From positions 155,844,045 to 155,908,044 of the forward strand of contig NC_068982.1 in assembly GCF_001194135.2 (NCBI RefSeq): 64,000 nt of DNA, given 5' to 3'. Positions 51,026-64,000 of this stretch are shown here, in pieces (the first letter of the stretch is position 1; each line of letters opens with the position of its first letter). Source of the stretch: Octopus bimaculoides. Its lineage: Eukaryota. The position numbers and the translations under genes were made by a program. The notes below the pieces were generated by a model. It was not told the origin of the DNA and did not search any database. It worked only from the letters and a program-made list of their open reading frames with translations.

Positions 51026-52239
51026 TTTTATTGTAACTTCACCATTATCCAGTCTATTTCTTTACGCCTGTTATTAATTTTTGATGTTGTTGTTTAGTCC
51101 CAAATCAATCTTGGTCGATTAGACCAATAAGCAAAGCTACCCCAGTTGTGACCGTCTCATCATTTTAGGATATCTAGGACTACAACATCCTATATATATT
51201 CATCCTTTTTCAAGACAATAGGGCTTGTTTTGAGGGAGACATGTATGCTATTTCTAGCCATTTGAACGGTCACAGAAGGCTTTCTCGGTAACATGTCAGT
51301 GACCGCCAGGTTCCGATTTTCAGATAGAATAATTTCTTTAGAGTCTTTGATGCTTCTATGAAAAAGTCATGGTTATATTTCACCTCTCTCTCCCCAAACT
51401 AACTTCAGTAAAATTGGTATCGTGTTTCTCGTTAAAAACAATCAAACGATGTTCACACATATCGGTATCAAGAAAAAGTTTTAAAATCATCTAACTACTT
51501 TCATATAAAGATCTAACAATATTTGAAAACACCAAGCACGTTTCTTCAGATGAAAATTTGTACAAAATCAATATCCACATATAGTATACACACCTTTCTA
51601 GCAATGTTACCGATACCTGTAAGAATCTCAACTCTTGTACTTACTATGCTATTAATTTAGAAACGAAGGAAAATATACCAACCAAAAAAATAGAAACTTC
51701 TCTGTTATGAGATCCCTGTATTACTTTTAAACAACAGAAAAATAATTTCTTTGCCAACAACAAATGTAAAATGTTAAATTCGAAAAAAAAAAAAAGAAAG
51801 AAAACAGTCAGGTATGATAAATAAAAATATATTATTATTTTTGGAACAGTGGATCTCGGAGCATATGAGACCATAAATAACAGCATACAAATATTGGGTT
51901 GAAAGCACCTTTGGATAGAAAAAGTCGAAGGCTGCTTTCCTCTCCATTTCAGACTACTTAAAGCAAAATCAATAAGAAAACAGTACACGAAACGTGAGCT
52001 ATCTGCAAATTCTACATAAAAAGTTGTCTGCTGGCATGGAGAGATGGGGATGAACTGCTACTTTGCGCATCTAAAACTCAGGCAAAGTGAAACTCAAGGT
52101 AATTACCACTCTCCACTTAGCTAACAAGGTAGAATAATAATCACACGCAAAGAAATCCAAAGCCCACAATACGCTTGCAATTGAGAAGACCTCCAAAAAA
52201 TAATAGACCCAAGGTGCCTACCATTACCGCCAAGCGAAG

Positions 52240-54436
<2,197 letters not shown>

Positions 54437-54462
54437 CTACATACATGTATATATACATCTCA

Positions 54463-54538
<76 letters not shown>

Positions 54539-56733
54539 TAGAGAGAGAGAGATAAAGAGGAAGCGAGTGATGTGTATGCATGCATGTATGTAGTTCTTTT
54601 ACATGCATGTATGAGTACGTATACACACACACACATACACACACATACGCACATGCACACATACACACACTCATATTCATACACATACATGCACAGAATT
54701 ATCGTATTTATTTTCACCTTTACAACTTGTTCATGTAATTCAATACTTTAATCTCTGCAGAATTAAACGAAAGAGGGAGGTAACCAAAGAATAATAGGAT
54801 AAAAAGAAATAATGAAAGAGGACCAAATGATAGACAAATAGGAACGTTTATCAACAAAATATTTGATTATCTGTTCGTAAATTATGTAGGGTCAACATTC
54901 AGTTGGATGACGTGTTGCTTCGATACAGGCCTATTAGATGTTGCAACGTTTCTGGTGAATGATTCTTTATCCAGTTCTCTGATGCTCCTGTTTAGATTGA
55001 AGTCTATTGTCTGATAACATTCTCCATCCGTTGCTATAATTAATATGTCAGCGAATTGTTAATCTTCTCCAGTCATCTAATCTGCGAAAAAACAGACGTG
55101 GAAGAGGTCAAATTGTCAGTCAGTCTGCGCACGCTCACCGGATGTGTAAGCAGTCATTTAAGAGACGAACGAACATATGACTTATCGTCTGCTGACTGAA
55201 CTCTTCTTAATTTCCTTACACTTTTCCTCTTCGTGCTCTTAGTGAAGAGAAGAAGATGAAGGTGAAGAAAAAGATGAAGAAATGGAGAGAGAAGATGAAG
55301 AAAAAGCGGAAGAAAATATGAAAATGTGAAACTATAAAGAAATAGAAATAATATATAAGAACTATAAGAAAGAGGAGAGAATAAGAAAGAGATAGAGAGT
55401 GAGAGCGAGATTGGCGGAGAAGGAGTGAGTGAGAGTGAGATGCGGAGAGGGTGTGAGTGAGGGAGAGAATGAGTGAGAGTGAGAGTGAGAGGGAAAGAGA
55501 GATGAACTCCAAAAGGAACAATCAACGCAATAAACCATTCAACTAATTCCAAGATGGTGAAAAAAAAACCAAAACAAAACAAATAAGGAACAAAAAAGGC
55601 AAAGAAATGGAAAAAAAAAATAGCACCAGAAGTGGTCAATTGATGAGTGATCGATAATTTAGACCAATTATCTGAGGTATTATCACGGCTAATTAGACGT
55701 AGTGACTAAATCGTGTGTTTGTGTACAACGAGACTCATACATACAAAAAATAACAGAAAAGACAGAGAAAGAGTCGGGAGGCAGAAGCAAAAATATTCTT
55801 TATAACCTGAACAATAGCGAAACTTAAAAAGAACGGATATCTATACAATAGTCAATGTTCCTTACTATTGTCTATCTTTCTGAACGTCTATCTGCCTTTC
55901 CCTATATCTTTTTACCCTACACAACTTCCACCGTATGATCTGTTCTCTATTTTGGTTCTACACATACCATTCCCCAAACTCACAGACTTCCATTATTGTT
56001 GTTTTTGTATTCCAACCACCCCAAAGCATTCTTCACTTGAACTTCTCAATTTCCGCCGTTCAGCTTTTCTCTTCACTCCTTTCTCAAGTATATCTCTGTC
56101 TCTCTTTATCTCTTTCAGTTTTTTCTTTCTTTGCTCCTCAATGTTTCTTAGTTTAACTTCCCATATATTTTATCATTCACTTTCCTTCTTTCTATCTGCA
56201 TTTTATTCATACTCCTTCAACTTCCTCTCTATCTGAGATAATTATTTCTTTCTTTCTTTCTTTCTTTCTTTCTCATTTACATTCTTTACATTCTCTTTAA
56301 CAACTCTTCTCTCCCCGCCACTTCTACCATACTTTCACTTTCTCTTTCTCAAATCCCCAACCTATTTTTCAGTCATTCTTTACTTAAGATTGCTAAAGAA
56401 ACAAAAATAGCGCCAGCTCTCTCTCTCTCATTCTCTCCCCCTCTCTCTCACTCGCTGTGTCTCATTTCCATTGGATGACACTGGAAATGAGTAAATAACA
56501 CCAGTAATTTTTAACAGAGTAAACAGGAAGTGTTTGAAGAAAATGGACTCCGTTTTTAAAGAGTGGTCTCTTTACAATATGCATCATCTTTATTGAAGCA
56601 ATGAAAGGTCCGATTTCATGAATAGCGGACCATAAGAAAAGAATAAAAACAAAAAGTAGGATGGGAAAAAAATACAAGAGAAACTTTACAAAAAGTCCCG
56701 GGGATATAATTGTTCTTTTAAAACCACAAAGCC

Positions 56734-56735
<2 letters not shown>

Positions 56736-56801
<66 letters not shown>

Positions 56802-56831
56802 GTAATAATAATGATAATAATAATAATAATG

Positions 56832-56865
<34 letters not shown>

Positions 56866-57176
56866 TAATAATAATAATAATAATAATAATAGTAATAATN
56901 NNNNNNNNNNNNNNNNNNNNNNNNNNNNNNNNNNNNNNNNNNNNNNNNNNNNNNNNNNNNNNNNNNNNNNNNNNNNNNNNNNNNNNNNNNNNNNNNNNNN
57001 NNNNNNNNNNNNNNNNNNNNNNNNNNNNNNNNNNNNNNNNNNNNNNNNNNNNNNNNNNNNNNNNNNNNNNNNNNNNNNNNNNNNNNNNNNNNNNNNNNNN
57101 NNNNNNNNNNNNNNNNNNNNNNNNNNNNNNNNNNNNNNNNNNNNNNNNNNNNNNNNNNNNNNNNNNNNNNNNNNNN

Positions 57177-57230
<54 letters not shown>
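56736..57230. repeat. Long (TAA)n array spanning an N-gap
   Basis: Read directly from the sequence. Confidence 0.95.
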
Positions 57231-57231
<1 letters not shown>

Positions 57232-57414
57232 TGTAATTGTAATAATGAGTAATGATGATTTCTTTATTAGCCACAAGGGTTACAGAAATAGAAAATATTT
57301 AGAAAAATAATGCGAAACAACCTTTGGCAGAGTACATACATACAAATACTGAGAAGCAAACACATGTATGTATGTATGTATGTATGTATGTATGTATATA
57401 TGTATGTATGTAAG

Positions 57415-57890
57415 TACGGTGGGGGTGGGGTTCTCAATAGAAACCGGAAATTTGCAACGTTTTATTCACATAGTTGTACATGTTTACACTTTTATCGTTT
57501 TCACAGTATTCCCCATTTGAAGCAATGCATCGGTCCAGACGAGTTTTCCACTGTTTGAAGTAGTGTTGGAACTCTTGCTTTTAAAACCTCCATCGTTTTC
57601 TTCTTCTTCTTCTTCACCTCTTTTACATCTGTAAATTCCATAGCACCAGCTTTCGTCACCAGCGCTGACCTTCGAAAAAAGGTCCGGATCAACTGCCAGC
57701 TGTTCTTTCAGTTCACGACACTCATTCAGTCGCGGATGCTTCTGATCTTCCGTGAACAAGCGAGGCACAGATTTTGCTGCAACTCTTTTCATTCGCAATT
57801 CCTCGCTCAAAATTCGTTGGCAGGAGCTCCAGGACACACCGATCATATCAACAAGTTCGTCAATTGTTCGGTGACGTCAATTGTTTACTA
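57415..57890 (-). mobile_element. Internally deleted mariner remnant with 3' TIR
   Basis: RILSEELRMKRVAAKSVPRLFTEDQK...DPDLFSKVSAGDESWCYG (first catalytic Asp), then a jump to the C-terminal segment (FTDVKEVKKK, frameshifted DRCIASNGEY); terminal aaatttccggtttctattgagaacccc. Confidence 0.85.
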
Positions 57891-58565
57891 GATTCGGATA
57901 ATTTAGCTTTGATTTCATTAGCTTCCCCATCCTTGTGATGTACTCCACAATTTTCGTTTTCATTTCTATAGTTAATACTCTGTCAGATTCTAATACTCCA
58001 CCTTTCAATGATTTTAATGTCTGGCCATCTAGTAATTGGATGCCTTTACTGTTGATTACCTATTCCCTTCTCATGACTAATATTGCACACTTATCTATGC
58101 CAAATTCCATGCCTATATCTTTGCTGAAGAGTCTTACAGTCAGTATTAAGGAATCTATCTTTTTTTCATTCTTACTAACAAGCTTCAGATCATCCATGTA
58201 GAGCAAATGGTTAATTTTCCCCTTACTATTTCTGAACTGATACCCTGCTTTTGCCTTCCTTAAAACTAAACTGAGGGGGATCAAGCATTAGACAAATACA
58301 AAGGAACAATGAGTCCCCCTGGAACATTCCTCTTTTGATATTAACTTTCCCTAAGAGTGTGTCACCTGAGTAGAGATCTACTTTCCATTTCTTCATGCTA
58401 AAGCTATTTAATTCTCTAATGTCGTCTGCTATACTGAATATACTCAAACATTCACTTATCCATGAATGTGAGATCATGTCATAGGCTTCAAACATTCACT
58501 TATCCATGAGCGTGAGATTACGCCATAGGCTTCAAACATTCATTTATCCATGAGAGTGGGATCTT
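57890..58565 (-). mobile_element. R4/Dong-like RT fragment with a 44-bp tandem repeat at its 5' end
   Basis: AYDMISHSWISECL, KRGMFQGDSL, INHLLYMDDLKL, GMEFGIDKC. Confidence 0.88.
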
Positions 58566-58569
58566 CCTC

Positions 58570-59240
58570 CACCTGAGTTATTTTTGTCATGTCTCAACTC
58601 ATTCCCGCTGCTTAAAGACGCAGTACTTTTCTCAATATATATGTTGTTCCAAGTAATGTTGCCAATTTCCTATAAAGTTAGGTGTTTGCAGTTGTTCATG
58701 TCGAATATTGCAGTCTTTCAGATGGTTTCAAGTGTACCAATCACAATAGGTATCATACTTACTTTTGAGGTTCTGTGGATGTAATTCAGTTCTAATGTTA
58801 GCTTTTGGACTTTAATTCTTTAATTCTTTGAAGTGCTTCAGCTTTAAAGCTGTGGGCGTGCTGGGGCACCACTTTTGAACTTTCTCGTTCTCTGTCTACA
58901 TAATATTTTGGTGTGCAGGTATAGTTACGTCGACGAAGGTGCATTTTTTGGACTCCTTCCAAAAGAGAGAAATATCTGGCCGTTTATGTTGCAGTTTTTT
59001 GTCTGTAAATATTATCATAACCTACTTGAGTTTCAGCTGATTATTCCCTGCTACTGGCAAAGGTTGATGCGCATACCATTTGTTGGAACATCTTAGTTAA
59101 TACTTCCTACACAACTGTCTGTTTATTAAGCACTGCCATTTTGTCAAAATGCTTTTTGTATTCCTTTTGGTGCAGTCTAATGATATCAGATGATTGTTCA
59201 CATAAGTTACACAAAAGGGATACTGCTGTCTTATGAACGC
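58570..59240 (-). mobile_element. R4/Dong-like RLE 3' fragment
   Basis: QKEYKKHFDKMA, QHKRPDISLFWKESKKCTFVDVTIP, IPIVIGTL, LLGTTYILRKVL; a SINE-A/CR1-type tail scrap at 58845-58875 interrupts it. Confidence 0.82.
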
Positions 59241-59654
59241 TACACTTGATTAATGTCTCCTCCTCTAAAAATCCACGTATTTCATCATCATCTTCGTCGT
59301 CATCATATTCGTCGTCATCATCATCGTCGTCATCATCATCATCGTTGTCGTCGTCGTCGTCGTCGTCGTCGTNNNNNNNNNNNNNNNNNNNNNNNNNNNN
59401 NNNNNNNNNNNNNNNNNNNNNNNNNNNNNNNNNNNNNNNNNNNNNNNNNNNNNNNNNNNNNNNNNNNNNNNNNNNNNNNNNNNNNNNNNNNNNNNNNNNN
59501 NNNNNNNNNNNNNNNNNNNNNNNNNNNNNNNNNNNNNNNNNNNNNNNNNNNNNNNNNNNNNNNNNNNNNNNNNNTATATATATATATGTATATATACATG
59601 CATATATATATATAGTTAAAAAAAGGGAGGAATTTCGACTATCCCCGTGTGGTG

Positions 59655-60095
59655 AGTTGTAATGCAAAAGAACGATTATTTCCTATTTGATGACACCTAC
59701 TATCGTTAAAAATTGTGGAATTGCGATGGGAACGAAAGTAGTCCCTGCTCTTGCGAACCTAACAATGGGATATTTTGAATTCATTATCTATGAAGTGTCA
59801 CTGCAAAAATATGGATATCCATTTCACCATTATATAATAGAGAACCGGAAAAGATACTTGGATGACTGCTTTATCAATTGGAAGAAGACCATTGATAAAC
59901 TTTTGGAATTTAAATCAATAACCAATAATATAAACCCTAACATTCAATTTACAATGGAATATAGATAAAAAAAGTCATCAACCAAATTATAACTGACATT
60001 TATCATAAACCAACGAACTCGAAGCAATATCTCCTGTTTAGCTCACGCCACCCAAAACACTTCAAAAGAAATATTCCCTTTTAATTTAGCAAATT
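59655..60095 (+). mobile_element. Penelope-like element reverse transcriptase fragment
   Basis: GIAMGTKVVPALANLTMGYFE, KRYLDDCF, INPNIQFTME, TDIYHKPTNSKQYL. Confidence 0.9.
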
Positions 60096-60165
60096 GTTGT
60101 TTGGTTTGGCGAAGAGTAAATCATAATCCAAATAAAAAGACAAAGAAGTTCTTTAGCATATATTG

Positions 60166-60256
60166 AATGATTCGTTACAATTGTTTCTGCTCCAACTCTG
60201 CTGGCAACTCTAGTTGGCAAGCAGAATTGGTACAGAAACAATTGTAACGAATCATT
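60166..60256. other. 91-nt near-perfect inverted repeat/hairpin
   Basis: Perfect 24-bp arms (60166-60189 / 60233-60256) plus about 15 further pairs up to a 4-nt loop. Confidence 0.9.
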
Positions 60257-60291
60257 AAGGATGTGTTAAAGAATTTTGTCTTTATATTTGC

Positions 60292-60333
<42 letters not shown>

Positions 60334-60501
60334 TATCCGTGCGAGTGTGTATGTATGTGTGTAAATAAATATATATACATTATACAAATGCATATACTTA
60401 TACATGTGTATATACATACATGTATACATATATTTACATGCATGCCTACATGTAAATACATACATGCACACAAACATGCATACATACAAATGTATGTATA
60501 T

Positions 60502-60740
60502 GGTAGCGCATGGTTTAGTGGTTAGGGTGTTACACTTATGATCATATGATTGCGGTTTCGAATCCTTGTCCGCGCGATGAGTTGTATTGTCGAGCAAAAC
60601 ACTTCATTTCACGTTGCACCAGTCGGCTCAGCTGGCAAAAATGAGTAATCCTGCGAAGTAATCTCGTCCAGAGTGGGAGTGTATACACCACAGAATCCGG
60701 GGAAACAGAAATTATGAGCCTATGGCTCATGAAGCACCTT
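60502..60740 (+). mobile_element. SINE-E full-length tRNA-derived SINE
   Basis: A box tggtttagtgg, B box gtttcgaatcc, central cctgcga...cgtccag (V/Meta-domain-like from memory), 3' hairpin atgagcc-tat-ggctcat (60714-60730). Confidence 0.85.
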
Positions 60741-61100
60741 TGCTCCTTTACGCACACATTACACCCCCCACACATACACATACACACACATGCACGCAAG
60801 CACATACACACGCATGCACGCAAACACAGGTGCACTACGCGCTGAGAGAGTTTCTCATCTCATGTATAGAAACAAATCAACTCAAAACATTAGAAAACTG
60901 AAAGCAGAAATGATAGAGGCATACACATACACGCATCACACACACAATCACCATATAAATCAAACACACACACATATATATTCATGCATGAGTGCACATA
61001 CATATACTCTCACATAGAAATAAACATGGCCGTAGTCCAATGACTGAAGCAAGACGCATATATGCGTATATAAATATGTATATATACACACACAGACACA

Positions 61101-61149
<49 letters not shown>

Positions 61150-61698
61150 GTATACATACATACATATATACATGCATATACACAAACACACACATACGGA
61201 CACACATACAGGGATACAGAATGAATGGGAATGAAAGAAAGACAAAGCAAAGGATATAAAAAGATAGAGAGAAATAGAGAAAGATAAAGAGAGATAATGA
61301 GAGTGAAAGATATATATATATATATGTTGATAAATAGATAGAGAGAGAGAGAGAAAGACGGGAGAGAGAAATAGAAAGAGAAAGAGAGAAAATGAGAGGG
61401 GTTTCCGTGTGTATATTTCTGTTTCAATTGCTGCGATGTGATGCTAGTATATAGCTGTAGGCTACCACATCACCTAATACCACACCGCAGTCATATCGAG
61501 CCGTGTACAGTTAAATATTGTACCATTTTCATTGAGCATAATTATAAACAGATTCTCAACTAGCTTCAAGCTGGAAAAGGATTATAACTTGTAATTTTAA
61601 GACAATGAATGTGTGTGCTGTGTGTGTGTAGGAGTGTGCATGTGTGTATCTGTGTGTCTGTGTGTTTATATGTGTGTTAACATATATATATATATTTA

Positions 61699-61744
<46 letters not shown>

Positions 61745-63461
61745 NNNNNNNNNNNNNNNNNNNNNNNNNATATATGTATATATATATATATGTACGTATA
61801 CACACACACACACACATATGTATATATGGTTGTATGTATATGATTTTATGTATGTGATTCTATATGTGTTTATGTGTGTACGTATGCGTACCCTTTTTTT
61901 AATTCAAGATGTTCATAGAACTTAAAATATAAAAAAAAAGAGAAAAGAAGAAAAACAACAACAACAAAAACAACAATAATAATTTCTAATTGCGGTTATC
62001 CATAATTTCGAAAATCTTACAAGTAAATTGTTTGACCAATGATAGGGTTACAGAAACAACATTCTTTGTAAGACGAAGCAAACTTTCGTGTTGAGGCCCG
62101 CCAACACAATGATTTTAACATCGAAATTAAGACAACAACAGCAATAGAAGCAGCAGCAGCAGCAGCAGTAGCAGCACTGTAGAAACAGTAGCAGCAGCAG
62201 TATTAACTGCAAGAACACGCTTTGCTAATTTCAGCGGGTAGTTAGTTTTTCATGAGCGATATATAGCTGACGGCTTTTTCTCTTGTTTTAGCCGCGAGCT
62301 GGGTGCCTGCTAAAACGGGTCTAATTGATGGGAATTAGCCAATTACTTAACATTCGGTATGGTAAGAGGTGCATGCTATACCAATCGATACACGGTATGC
62401 CTAGAGTTGAATTTGTATAACGATGAACAAAATTAGCCCAGAATCGATCAGAATGTGCAAACTTACCGTCCCCCGACGCCATCAACCCTTTCCTCTGCTA
62501 CAGCTTTTTCTTCTTCTCATCCCATTGCTACATCAACAACATCATCACTGCTTACCCAAACCCACCTTCATTTCCACCCCAGTCCACCGCACCCACTCGT
62601 CTCAGCCGTTTTTCTATTTCAAGAGTATGAGACACCCCAACCTCACATCTTCCGCTTCATCAACCACAACCACGTTCGGCTCAAGTTGCTCTGCTTTTCT
62701 ACTTCTGTCTCTCCTTTAGTTTTCCGGATTCTCTCGCGCTTCTATCACCTCTTCTAGTTCTGTTGCTCTCCTCCCCCTCTCTCCCTCACTCTCTCCGTCT
62801 CTCATACATACATACATACATACATACATACATACATGCATTTATGCCTATATACATACGTATATTTGCATGTATGTATGTATGTGTATATATATATATA
62901 TATATATANNNNNNNNNNNNNNNNNNNNNNNNNNNNNNNNNNNNNNNNNNNNNNNNNNNNNNNNNNNNNNNNNNNNNNNNNNNNNNNNNNNNNNNNNNNN
63001 NNNNNNNNNNNNNNNNNNNNNNNNNNNNNNNNNNNNNNNNNNNNNNNNNNNNNNNNNNNNNNNNNNNNNNNNNNNNNNNNNNNNNNNNNNNNNNNNNNNN
63101 NNNNNNNNNNNNNNNNNNNNNNNNNNNNNNNNNNNNNNNNNNNNNNNNNNNNNNNNNNNNNNNNNNNNNNNNNNNNNNNNNNNNNNNNNNNNNNNNNNNN
63201 NNNNNNNNNNNNNNNNNNNNNNNNNNNNNNNNNNNNNNNNNNNNNNNNNNNNNNNNNNNNNNNNNNNNNNNNNNNNNNNNNNNNNNNNNNNNNNNNNNNN
63301 NNNNNNNNNNNNNNNNNNNNNNNNNNNNNNNNNNNNNNNNNNNNNNNNNNNNNNNNNNNNNNNNNNNNNNNNNNNNNNNNNNNNNNNNNNNNNNNNNNNN
63401 NNNNNNNNNNNNNNNNNNNNNNNNNNNNNNNNNNNNNNNNNNNNNNNNNNNNNNNNNNNNN

Positions 63462-63497
<36 letters not shown>

Positions 63498-63775
63498 GCA
63501 TACGTGTATGCATACACGCACATGCATACATACATATATGTTTATATATATGTATATATATATATATATTATATATATATAGGTTTCATTGAGCTTTCCT
63601 CTGATTCCTCCTAGCTTCTTCTACAACGATAGCCCACTCACACATACACAAACGCATGCACATTCCCCCCCACACGCATATACCCACGACGCACATACAT
63701 TGAAGCTTTTTAACTCCCTAACCTCACCTGACTTTTGATTCTGTCGTGATTAGCAATCTCTGTTTTAAATCAGTG

Positions 63776-63850
<75 letters not shown>

Positions 63851-64000
63851 GCACGCACGCACACACATGACTTCAGTGGCGCATAAGTATATTAAATGTA
63901 CTAAACATCCATTAATTTTATTCGCCACGTTTATTATAATTCTTTTGTCATAACTTCTCAACACAAGACAAAACAAATCAATTACATTCCGAACGGAAGG

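Overview
Eukaryotic, AT-rich, repeat-dominated genomic DNA. It has 16 N-gaps (about 5.2 kb), most of them abutting microsatellites. The repeat content (very dense CA/TA/TATC/TAA microsatellites, several tRNA-derived SINE families, R4/Dong-, RTE-, CR1- and Penelope-like retroelement fossils, mariner and hAT remnants) strongly suggests an Octopus short-read assembly; this is inference. I found no intact protein-coding gene, rRNA, true tRNA or CRISPR array. Nearly all ORFs in the supplied track are microsatellite or N-gap artefacts, or TE fragments. SINE family labels A-E are my own working names. The most notable observations are: a 91-nt near-perfect hairpin (60166-60256); a CR1 LINE whose 3' tail matches the SINE-A tail with a compensatory stem change; a Dong-like LINE sitting inside a (TAA)n array; hammerhead-ribozyme-like motifs in Penelope-type repeats; SINE-in-SINE insertions with intact long TSDs; a 21-bp locally templated patch in a SINE; and two or three splice-site-bounded candidate exons of an unidentified minus-strand gene. 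I see no firm evidence of a wholly new biological system. Boundaries of decayed elements are approximate (about +/-20 bp).
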